Positions 56,054-64,000 of a stretch of DNA of 64,000 nt are shown one piece after another. The stretch lies in the IMG/VR virus record IMGVR_UViG_3300042892_002922, positions 192,001-256,000 of that record. One strand, written 5' to 3'. A program made the translations under genes and the position numbers. This DNA comes from a virus. Its lineage: Duplodnaviria > Caudoviricetes. Every line of letters begins with the position of its first letter. Position 1 is the first letter of the stretch. The notes below the pieces were generated by a model that saw only the letters and a program-made list of their open reading frames with translations, did not search any database and was not told where the DNA came from.

Positions 56054-57697
56054 ATGCCAGTACAGTTTAGAAGAACAAACATTTTAGATCCATACTCTTG
56101 GGCGGTAGGTTCAGGGGGTACTGGTGCTTTTGGTCAAAATGGTAGTACTGATGAAAACGAAAGAGTAATCGGCACAGACCCTTTTGGTAATAGTTCAGTT
56201 GTCTGGGAATCTAGACCAAACGGTTCCGCAGCTGATGATGGTGGTTGGGGCACAGGATTCTATGATGTGGATGAATATTCATTATATAGATGGTCAGTTT
56301 GGGTTAAAAGAACAACATCAAGTGCTGGAGGAACATCATATCTGGGACTTTACGGTAGTCCTAATGCTGTTATTAGAATAGATAACGGAGCACAAGAAGG
56401 TAACCCATATTTTGAATGTAGTGGTACTGGTGCGTATACTCAAAACGTTTGGTATCTACTTGTTGGACATTGTTTTCCATCTAATTACACTGGTGGTGCA
56501 ACAACACACCCTGATTCTGGTAGATACATAACAAGTGGTAGAAATGGTAGTGTTAATTTTTGTAACATTGGCGGTGACGTAAAATGGTATCCGGGAACAA
56601 CAGGTGGATATCATAGAGTATATCATTATTATTGTGGTGATAACACAACCAGATTACAATGGTTTGACCCAAGATTAGATAAATGTGATGGTTCAGAACC
56701 AACAATATCCGATTTATTAAACAACAGACAAGCAAAGTTAGAATCTACAACCGTGACAGTTGAAGGTGCCGCACTTAAACAACAAAAAGTAGTTGCAACA
56801 GGTGGTGTTATAACAACTGTTGGTGAGTATCGAGTTCATAGATTTAATAGTAGTGGAACATTTACCCTATCATCACTTAGATCGGGTTCAATAGAGGTTG
56901 AATATCTTATTGCTGCTGGTGGAGGTGGAGGTGGAACAAATATGGGTGGTGGCGGAGGTGGAGGAGGCGTTCTATTAGGAACAACAATTCTAACCCCAAC
57001 TTCATATGTAATAACTGTTGGTGGAGGTGGCGCAGGTGCGCCCGCGGGAACCACAGGTGGACACCCAACCGTAACAGGTGCTAATGGTGGTAATTCTTCA
57101 TTTAATGGTTTAACTGCTATAGGTGGTGGCTGGGGTGGCGTTTCATATAACACACAAGGATTAGGTATACATTTTGGTAATTCAGGTGGTTCAGGTGGTG
57201 GAGCTTCGGGTTATAATAATGATGGTGCAGCACCTGGAGCATATGGTTCAGGAGCGGGTACTTCAGGACAAGGATTTAGAGGTGGTTATCAAGGTAACTC
57301 ATACTACTCAGGTGGTGGTGGAGGTGCAGGCGCCGCAGGTGCAGATGGAAACAATAGACCCGATGGTGGTGCCGGTAAATTAACGGGAATTTTAGGTAAA
57401 CCATTTTATTTCGGAGGCGGTGGTGGTGGCGGAAGTTACTCACTATCTACAGGTGGTTATGGTGGTGTTGGCGGAGGTGGTGGTGGTGCGTTAGGTACCG
57501 CACTTGGTGGAAGAAATGGTTTAGCGTGGGGTTCTGATGGTGGTGGAGGCGCATGTTGTTCATGGGCTAACACACCTGGCGGAAATGGCGCAACAAACAC
57601 TGGTGGTGGCGGCGGAGGTGGTGCTCACTATAATGCAACAAATAAGGGTGGAGATGGTGGAAGTGGAATAGTTATAATAAGATACAAATATAGATAA
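56054..57697 (+). CDS. Virion protein: N-terminal beta-sandwich + glycine-rich domain
   Basis: YRVHRFNSSGTF..VEYLIAAGGGGGG...NTGGGGGG..GGDGGSGIVIIRY. Confidence 0.7.
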   Translation: MPVQFRRTNILDPYSWAVGSGGTGAFGQNGSTDENERVIGTDPFGNSSVVWESRPNGSAADDGGWGTGFYDVDEYSLYRWSVWVKRTTSSAGGTSYLGLYGSPNAVIRIDNGAQEGNPYFECSGTGAYTQNVWYLLVGHCFPSNYTGGATTHPDSGRYITSGRNGSVNFCNIGGDVKWYPGTTGGYHRVYHYYCGDNTTRLQWFDPRLDKCDGSEPTISDLLNNRQAKLESTTVTVEGAALKQQKVVATGGVITTVGEYRVHRFNSSGTFTLSSLRSGSIEVEYLIAAGGGGGGTNMGGGGGGGGVLLGTTILTPTSYVITVGGGGAGAPAGTTGGHPTVTGANGGNSSFNGLTAIGGGWGGVSYNTQGLGIHFGNSGGSGGGASGYNNDGAAPGAYGSGAGTSGQGFRGGYQGNSYYSGGGGGAGAAGADGNNRPDGGAGKLTGILGKPFYFGGGGGGGSYSLSTGGYGGVGGGGGGALGTALGGRNGLAWGSDGGGGACCSWANTPGGNGATNTGGGGGGGAHYNATNKGGDGGSGIVIIRYKYR

Positions 57698-57698
57698 T

Positions 57699-58088
57699 AT
57701 GGCACATTTTGCACAAATAGATTCTAACAACGTAGTTGTTGATATTTTAGTTGTTCCCGATGAACAACAACATAGAGGAAATGATTATTTATCCAGTGAT
57801 TTACAATTAGGTGGAACATGGATTCAAACATCATATAATGGTAATATAAGAAAAATGTATGCCGGAATTGGGTATTGGTATTTACCTGAATTAGACATTT
57901 TTTTACCACCCAAACCATTTGAATCGTGGTCTTTAGATACAGTTAATCAAATTTGGAAAGCACCAATTGAATGCCCTGAACAAGAAGAAGGTAAAGTTCA
58001 TATTTGGGACGAAGAACCCCAACAATGGAGAACCGAAATTTTACCAATTGCAGATGTTAATAATTTACCAGAACAAGCATTACCTTAA
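57699..58088 (+). CDS. Small partner of glycine-rich virion protein
   Basis: MAHFAQID..WIQTSYNGNIRKMYAGIGY..F.PPKPFESW.L..W.AP..P, a pattern typically found next to phage Gly-rich domain genes. Confidence 0.6.
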   Translation: MAHFAQIDSNNVVVDILVVPDEQQHRGNDYLSSDLQLGGTWIQTSYNGNIRKMYAGIGYWYLPELDIFLPPKPFESWSLDTVNQIWKAPIECPEQEEGKVHIWDEEPQQWRTEILPIADVNNLPEQALP

Positions 58089-58101
58089 TTAGAAATTTAA
58101 A

Positions 58102-58263
58102 ATGGGAGAAGTAACAAACATAGAAATTTATTTAGAAAACCAATGTTGGTACGTAAAATACTTACAAGATGGTGAAACAATTATAAGTAATCCATTTATG
58201 GAAGAACAACACGCAATTAATTATTGTGCTAGGTACTTACATCAAACAAATATAGATACATAA
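58102..58263 (+). CDS. 53-aa hypothetical protein, not in ORF track
   Basis: ATG 58102 to TAA 58263, MGEVTNIEIYLENQCWYVKY... Confidence 0.45.
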   Translation: MGEVTNIEIYLENQCWYVKYLQDGETIISNPFMEEQHAINYCARYLHQTNIDT

Positions 58264-58340
58264 AATCTCGTACCACTTGTTAATTTAAAACTTTACATTT
58301 AATAGAAAAATATTTACATTTATTATCAAGTTTATATAAA

Positions 58341-58607
58341 ATGAAACAAGAAACTAAAGGTAAATTTATTAAATCAGAAAAAACTTTGGTAGTTCTAGAA
58401 ACTATCGGTGTAATAATGAGAATTATGGCATTCGGTATGTTATCCATATTAAACAAGGATACACCGTTTTTATTGATGTGGATATGGAATACTATCGATG
58501 CGTTAATATTAACTTATTGTGCCTGGGAAAGAAGCAACACACCATATATCATACTTAACATATTCTGGTTAATAGTTGGTGCTGTTGGGATTTATAACAG
58601 TATTTAA
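58341..58607 (+). CDS. Small membrane protein (about 3 hydrophobic segments)
   Basis: Hydrophobic helices ending YIILNIFWLIVGAVGIY; stop overlaps the convergent stop at 58604. Confidence 0.55.
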   Translation: MKQETKGKFIKSEKTLVVLETIGVIMRIMAFGMLSILNKDTPFLLMWIWNTIDALILTYCAWERSNTPYIILNIFWLIVGAVGIYNSI

Positions 58608-59707
58608 ACTTTTCTCTTAATCTCAATTTTCATATTACCAGTACGATATTCACCCGGATCATATTGTGGTATACTTAATCTTAAACGATAAAGTGTCATA
58701 ATATCTTCTGGTGTAAATTCACCTTCTTCATATACCATAACATCAACAGTTTCAGCGAACAAGAATTTACTTCTTAAATCATAATTAGTTGTCTTCTGTT
58801 GAACTTCAATATAATCTTCTGGTATCTCACCCAAATCAATTTTGTCGAAGAATGGCTCTATCTCAAATAAGCGATTTCTATTTCTAGTTGTTAACCCCAT
58901 TGAGAATGTTTTAAATACAAAAACAGAATCTTCCCAATATCTAATTTCATTAAACATCGAAATAGGTAATCCCCATTTCCTCACAAAATTTCTATTAGAA
59001 TTCATTTCGATTTGAATTCTATTGTGTTTAAATTCTTCGCTGAATCTAGATGTTTGACTAACAAAATGATAAACAACCGCTCTATTAGTCGTCTTTAAAT
59101 CATAACCCTTTAGTTTGGTTCTGATAATAAAATCATCATCTTCACAAAACGCTGGGAAAAAACTAAATCCATCGAAGTGTCCAACATCCTCGAATAATTT
59201 TTTATATCCACTCATAAAGAATGTACCACCGCTAACAATCTTGCTCTCACGGTTTCTTTGTTCCAGATATTGATTAAATAAATCGTACCTAAAATCAAGA
59301 AATGATGAGCCGAGGTCCATGATTTCTTTCCCCGGCCTAATATGACCTTTAAATATCGGGGGCTCAACAGTCGTGTAACATAATAATGTCTTTTCATCTA
59401 AATCTTCTTCTAATGCTTCTAAAAAACCATTACCAATAACCATATCATTATGGATTAGAACCAATTTCTCGGTGTCTACCAGCTTGATTCCGGCGTTATA
59501 TGTATCGGAGAATGGTAACTTATCATCGTCGTGAATAAATGACAAATTTTCATCCATTAACGACTCTAACCATTCTTTGGTACCATCATTAGAACCACCA
59601 CTACTAATCACTAATGGTGTTGTTGGATACAACTCCCTTAAGTATTTATAACATTCTTTAGTTATAGATAGGTTATTGTAAACAGCTAATACGAAACTTA
59701 TATTCAT
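58604..59707 (-). CDS. GT2 glycosyltransferase
   Basis: FVLAVYN; SSGGSNDGT; LIHNDM; FCEDDDF; VYHFVS. Confidence 0.85.
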   Translation of the reverse strand: MNISFVLAVYNNLSITKECYKYLRELYPTTPLVISSGGSNDGTKEWLESLMDENLSFIHDDDKLPFSDTYNAGIKLVDTEKLVLIHNDMVIGNGFLEALEEDLDEKTLLCYTTVEPPIFKGHIRPGKEIMDLGSSFLDFRYDLFNQYLEQRNRESKIVSGGTFFMSGYKKLFEDVGHFDGFSFFPAFCEDDDFIIRTKLKGYDLKTTNRAVVYHFVSQTSRFSEEFKHNRIQIEMNSNRNFVRKWGLPISMFNEIRYWEDSVFVFKTFSMGLTTRNRNRLFEIEPFFDKIDLGEIPEDYIEVQQKTTNYDLRSKFLFAETVDVMVYEEGEFTPEDIMTLYRLRLSIPQYDPGEYRTGNMKIEIKRKV

Positions 59708-60536
59708 TTATGTAATCTTCAATATTTTTTTGTGGTTTCCACCCCAATAATTTTTTAGCTAACGAACTATCGCACAGTGTGTTTTGTGCTTCACCAGGTT
59801 TATCGTCCATGTATACTCTCTCACCGCCAAACATATCTGCAATTTGGTTAATGGAGTAATTTTTACCTCGACCAAGTTCAAAGGTATTCCCCCAAGATTC
59901 ATTTTCTTTAATTTTAATTAAACCATCAACAATATCGTCAACGTGTGTAAAATCTCTTTTCTTTTTACCATTACCATAAATTGTTAATGGTTCATTCTTT
60001 TCTGTTAAGTTTTCCCATCTACCGATTAATGTTGTGTAACCACCAGTTTTAAGGTGATGTGGTCCGTATACATTATAAAACCTAGCTATGGATGATTTAA
60101 GATTATAATGTTCCTGATTCAATGCAATAATTTCTTCACCAATACTTTTACTAAAGGTATAAGGGTTTTTAAATTTACCACTATGGTGTGAACTACTACC
60201 TGCATAAATTAATGGTATATTATACTCACCACAAAAATGCGCTAATAGAAATGTAGCGGTAGCGTTATTGTTAAAATAAGTTACAGGTCTTTCAAATGAT
60301 GGTTGAATTCTAGCGATAGCGGCTAAATGGTAAACAACATCTATTGTGTCACCAAAATACGCCTTACCGATGCTTTCTTTAATGTCATGTTCAATGTACT
60401 CAGCACCTTCAACATGATTTGATTTAACACCTGTTGTATAATTGTCGAATGATGTCACTGTGTGACCTTCAGCAATTAATCTTTTAATTAGATTAGTGCC
60501 AACAAAGCCGGCACCACCAGTTACAACTACATTCAT
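59673..60536 (-). CDS. NAD-dependent sugar epimerase/dehydratase
   Basis: VTGGAGFVG; YHLAA; PYTFSK (YxxxK); RFYNVYG; RDFTHVDD. Confidence 0.9.
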   Translation of the reverse strand: MNVVVTGGAGFVGTNLIKRLIAEGHTVTSFDNYTTGVKSNHVEGAEYIEHDIKESIGKAYFGDTIDVVYHLAAIARIQPSFERPVTYFNNNATATFLLAHFCGEYNIPLIYAGSSSHHSGKFKNPYTFSKSIGEEIIALNQEHYNLKSSIARFYNVYGPHHLKTGGYTTLIGRWENLTEKNEPLTIYGNGKKKRDFTHVDDIVDGLIKIKENESWGNTFELGRGKNYSINQIADMFGGERVYMDDKPGEAQNTLCDSSLAKKLLGWKPQKNIEDYINEYKFRISCLQ

Positions 60537-60542
60537 TATTTT

Positions 60543-61310
60543 TTAGATTAAGTTAAAATTTTTTAAACCACTATTTTCGCTATCAATGTTTGAGTTTTGA
60601 GTGCCAGATATATAACCTCTTTCACCTTCAACACAAAATTCTGAAACTCTATAATATGGTGAACCCTGTAAAACTTTAATACGGTTTTTATTTATAAAAT
60701 TCATTAATGGGTAAACAGTATTATTCCAGTCACTAACTTGATGTACATCCCTATTACCAAATTTCTCACCAACCCTTGTTAATTTTACCATAGATAAATC
60801 AAATTTACCACCAATTTTCTCTATCATAGATTTTTTAAAAAATTCACAAGAACCTCTTAACATACCAATTGGCGCACCCACACTGTTTGTCCATATTTCC
60901 CATTTGTCAAATAGTTCGTGTTCAATAACTTTTTTAAACCAATCATCTTTAAGGATCAAATTATCGTCATGTGTAAATAACATGAACTCATAATTTTGAT
61001 AATCATATTCTTCTAACCATTGATTGGAACATCCCCAATCACCAACAGTGTTTGGATATTCTTTATAAGTCCAACCTAGATTTTCAATTTCTTCAATTGT
61101 TGCAATTTTAGAATATAGTTTTTCATCTAAATGTTTTCTATCACCTTTTAAAACCACATCTTTCTTTTCTATTTCAGAATATTGTGGATCTCTATGTGAA
61201 ACACAAAACATATCCATTGACCAATCATCTGGAAGTATTTGTTTAGATATACTTTCATAAAAATGTAATGGGTAGTGCCACCCAGAACACACTACTGCAA
61301 TTTTTTTCAT
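60543..61310 (-). CDS. Putative GT-A-like protein
   Basis: LFTHDDN motif; glycosylation-cluster context. Confidence 0.4.
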   Translation of the reverse strand: MKKIAVVCSGWHYPLHFYESISKQILPDDWSMDMFCVSHRDPQYSEIEKKDVVLKGDRKHLDEKLYSKIATIEEIENLGWTYKEYPNTVGDWGCSNQWLEEYDYQNYEFMLFTHDDNLILKDDWFKKVIEHELFDKWEIWTNSVGAPIGMLRGSCEFFKKSMIEKIGGKFDLSMVKLTRVGEKFGNRDVHQVSDWNNTVYPLMNFINKNRIKVLQGSPYYRVSEFCVEGERGYISGTQNSNIDSENSGLKNFNLI

Positions 61311-61864
61311 AATAATATTTTTGAAACTGATGGAAAATTTTGATTCAAAACCTCGTAGTTTATTTTATTCTTGATTGAATTTATTGGTATTTTATTATAC
61401 TTTTTCATCCATTCAATATTATCTCTTTCTATAGAACCACCTTCAAATATCATTGTTGCACCATTCTCAAGATTATTTTTAACCTTATTAAAAACATCTG
61501 TTATTGTGTTACCATCATTTGATATGTCTAAATGAAGTAAATCAAAATCTTCAACATCCCAGTCACTTATATTCATTTGTTTTAATTCAATAAAATCAAG
61601 TAATGAATACTTTTTAAGCGATTCCTTTGTTTTATCAATTGTTGAATGTTTATATGGATAGGCATCCCACAAATCATAACAGATTATTTTACCACCGTTA
61701 TTAATTTCTTGTAACGCCATTCCCATACTAATTGCAGAATAACCATTTAACGTACCGAATTCAATTATTTTCTTTGGTTTTAATTCTAAAACTAAATTAT
61801 ATAATGTTTGTCCGATATCATGTTCACTATACGAACTTTCAACCTCAGGATTTTTATAAATCAT
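61307..61864 (-). CDS. Class I SAM-dependent methyltransferase
   Basis: IIEFGTLNGYSA; YDLW; FDLLHLDISND; FEGG. Confidence 0.7.
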   Translation of the reverse strand: MIYKNPEVESSYSEHDIGQTLYNLVLELKPKKIIEFGTLNGYSAISMGMALQEINNGGKIICYDLWDAYPYKHSTIDKTKESLKKYSLLDFIELKQMNISDWDVEDFDLLHLDISNDGNTITDVFNKVKNNLENGATMIFEGGSIERDNIEWMKKYNKIPINSIKNKINYEVLNQNFPSVSKILL

Positions 61865-61865
61865 A

Positions 61866-63050
61866 CTACCAACCTTTTTTTATACAATCAACAATATATT
61901 CTCTTTCTTCTTTAGAAACCCACCAACCAACTGGTATTGATGACACTTTTTTAATTGTGTTATCTAAATTAGGTAATATATTTTTATATTCTCTAACACA
62001 AGAATGAACATCATTTCTTTCATGAACCTGAGATGTTGCGATACCCTTTTCAGACATATATCTTTGAAAATCATCTCTGTTGTCAACAAGAACACTATAA
62101 ATCCAAAAAGAAGATTCTCTGTCTTTATGTCTTTCTAATAACTCAACACCACTAACATTTTTAAGTTCCTTATCGTAAAATTTAGCATTCTCCTTATGTT
62201 TAGATGTAATTTCGTCAACGTGTTTAAAATTCTCATTACCTATGGATGCATTTATGTCATTCATATGGAATTTAAAACCCCATTCAGATATGTCAGATTC
62301 ACATCTAAAATCTTTTCTGTTCCCATCTCTATCAATACCATACCATCTTAATAACTTTGCTCTTTTGTAAAGATCATCATGTGGTAAAAATAATAAACCA
62401 CCATCACCAGAAGTAATGTGCTTTATTGCTTGTAAACTAAAGGTACATATATTTCCGTGAGTACCTATAAATTTATTTTTATATTTACTACCCATAGCAT
62501 GTGCACAGTCCTCAATAATTGCTGGCTTAAATCCATATAACCTATATGATTGTTCTTGTATGTCTTTTAATTTATCTAAATCAATAGGATAACCACCCCA
62601 ATGCACAACAAAAATCGCTTTAGTTTTTGGTGTGATTTTTCTTGCTAAGTCATCTAAATCCATATTTAATGTCTTTGGATCGATGTCTACCCATTTAATA
62701 TTGAAGCCATTTGCAATTATAGGCCAATTAGTTGCGGTGCACGTTAATGGTGTTGTCAATATTTCATCACCAGGTTCAATCCCAGGCCAACTTGATTCGT
62801 ATTGTGCGTATCCATCAATGCCTTTTAAAAATTTATTGGGTTTTTTTAATAAGTGTAACGCTAAATGTTCAGCAGATGTTGCTGAATTTAGAGTTAATAT
62901 TTTATCATGTCTAAAATATTGTTTTACATTTTCTTCAAAAGCATCAACAACTGGACCCTGACCGATAAAACCACTTTTTAGCACCTCGGCTACTTTATCA
63001 GTTACGGTATCTGACATAAAAACCTTAAATAACGGTATACTTTTTTTCAT
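61866..63050 (-). CDS. DegT/DnrJ/EryC1/StrS PLP-dependent sugar aminotransferase
   Basis: LNSATSA; TPLTC.AT; VHWGG; IEDCAHA; FSLQAIKHITSGDGG. Confidence 0.9.
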   Translation of the reverse strand: MKKSIPLFKVFMSDTVTDKVAEVLKSGFIGQGPVVDAFEENVKQYFRHDKILTLNSATSAEHLALHLLKKPNKFLKGIDGYAQYESSWPGIEPGDEILTTPLTCTATNWPIIANGFNIKWVDIDPKTLNMDLDDLARKITPKTKAIFVVHWGGYPIDLDKLKDIQEQSYRLYGFKPAIIEDCAHAMGSKYKNKFIGTHGNICTFSLQAIKHITSGDGGLLFLPHDDLYKRAKLLRWYGIDRDGNRKDFRCESDISEWGFKFHMNDINASIGNENFKHVDEITSKHKENAKFYDKELKNVSGVELLERHKDRESSFWIYSVLVDNRDDFQRYMSEKGIATSQVHERNDVHSCVREYKNILPNLDNTIKKVSSIPVGWWVSKEEREYIVDCIKKGW

Positions 63051-63095
63051 TTACTATTTTATTTATTACAATTTAATTATTTTTTTTTATATTAT

Positions 63096-63116
63096 AAAGG
63101 GGTTTAAATGCACCCC
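63096..63116 (-). terminator. Weak possible terminator hairpin after 63120 ORF
   Basis: Minus strand GGGGT-gcatttaa-ACCCC-TTT just after the stop. Confidence 0.3.
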
Positions 63117-63119
63117 CAT

Positions 63120-63818
63120 TTAATACTTTAAATGTCTTCCTTGGTCGTCAAAGTAATCATTACCACTTTTCTGTCCTTCCATTGTGAAAAGATTGGCATA
63201 TCCCTTTAATCGTTTTCTTTTTAGTTTATTACCCATCTTCCATAAGCAAAATGGTAAACTGATTTGATCCCTAGACGAGAATTTAGAAATCTGTTCCCAC
63301 CACATTAGTTGAAATTCTTTTGTTGCGTTAGTTGTTTTAACTATAAATGTCGACATCTCGTACAACCCCAACTTCTCAGGTACCCCTAACGACTTATAAT
63401 ATCTAAATTGCAACTCAACTAACTCACGATAATCTAATTGCCACTGAGCAACAGCTTGCATTTCTTCATAGGTACACTTCCTATCTGGATGTTTAAATAA
63501 AAGAATATCATTGTCATCTCCGTACTCGTCAATTATAAGTTGTGGGTTCATCTTTAATTGATGATTACCATCTTCCCATATTATGTATTCATACTGTGGG
63601 AACATTATTGCTGATAATATTTTATACGTTTTAGCATTTCTTCTATTAATGTATTTGTCTAAGGATGAGAATTTTAAAACCGGTCTTTGTTCCCAAACTT
63701 TAACATCGTATTCTTTATCAACAAATGCTATGTAATCACAGTTATCAAAAACTTGAGGTGGATCTATTAGTTTATCCTTACCGTCTGTGATAGATGTTAA
63801 AACTAAAAATTTTTTCAT
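63120..63818 (-). CDS. DUF616/TOD1-MUCI70-like glycosyltransferase
   Basis: IWEDGN; FKHPDRKCTYEE; RDQISLPF. Confidence 0.75.
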   Translation of the reverse strand: MKKFLVLTSITDGKDKLIDPPQVFDNCDYIAFVDKEYDVKVWEQRPVLKFSSLDKYINRRNAKTYKILSAIMFPQYEYIIWEDGNHQLKMNPQLIIDEYGDDNDILLFKHPDRKCTYEEMQAVAQWQLDYRELVELQFRYYKSLGVPEKLGLYEMSTFIVKTTNATKEFQLMWWEQISKFSSRDQISLPFCLWKMGNKLKRKRLKGYANLFTMEGQKSGNDYFDDQGRHLKY

Positions 63819-64000
63819 ATTGAATTATAGTACTTATTTTGTTTTTCTTGCTTTGAAATTGTTTTGTGATGTTGGATGCAATATACAGAATTTGTTGGTA
63901 ATGTTGAAAAATTCTGTCCACCAATAATCTTCTCATGAACTCTGCCATACCAAGACATATGTTTTCTATAAACTCTGCCTTGCCAATCAGGAAAGTTAAC
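63815..64000 (-). CDS. C-terminal fragment of GT2-like glycosyltransferase (runs off window), not in ORF track
   Basis: VNFPDWQGRVYRKHMSWYGRVHEKI...; TGA overlaps ATG of 63818. Confidence 0.7.
   Translation of the reverse strand, partial: VNFPDWQGRVYRKHMSWYGRVHEKIIGGQNFSTLPTNSVYCIQHHKTISKQEKQNKYYNSI

Noticed and set aside
1-64000. Stop-codon recoding (code 15 or 4)
   Set aside because: Standard code gives full-length, gap-free genes, and TAG and TGA both act as stops in coupled junctions
1-64000. Eukaryotic or giant-virus origin suggested by C1q, GT7 and collagen-like proteins
   Set aside because: Operonic ATGA/TAATG overlaps, intrinsic terminator and phage fibre motifs fit a bacteriophage better
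1-64000. tRNA, rRNA, transposase or integrase
   Set aside because: None recognised; intergenic gaps are short and AT-rich

Overview
This looks like a 64-kb, AT-rich, gene-dense fragment of a large tailed dsDNA phage. Viral origin is inferred from tail-fibre-type proteins and tight ATGA/TAATG gene overlaps; there is no capsid, terminase, polymerase, integrase, tRNA or CRISPR in the window. A Bacteroidota host is suggested by the near absence of Shine-Dalgarno motifs. Layout: (1) 1-14362, virion fibre block with a Gly-X-Ser collagen-like fibre, three C1q-like heads and three LamG-like heads. (2) 14398-50467, about 36 kb of glycosylation and tailoring enzymes: GT2/4/7-like, methyltransferases, four N-terminal-Twitch/SPASM radical SAMs, split TPP E1 alpha/beta, tandem epimerase, carbamoyltransferase, APS kinase, sulfotransferases and 2OG oxygenases, ending in a TibC/Aah-like protein O-heptosyltransferase. 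(3) 50513-58607, second paralogous Gly-X-Ser fibre block. (4) 58604-64000, convergent minus-strand amino-sugar/GT block. The best candidate for an undescribed system is 35129-44162. It starts with a gene carrying the same upstream motif as the structural genes, encoding a circularly permuted ATP-grasp domain fused to a Hint domain that looks able only to cleave at its C-terminus, followed by a 35-aa peptide with 8 Cys. Next come an unannotated 29-aa Thr/Ile peptide ORF and 11 consecutive unrelated proteins (10 enzyme-like, one Cys-rich) that all end in a similar K-x-[ST]-L-[LI]-COOH-like tail, which their paralogs elsewhere in the window lack. All family calls come from recognising motifs by eye; no database searches were run.
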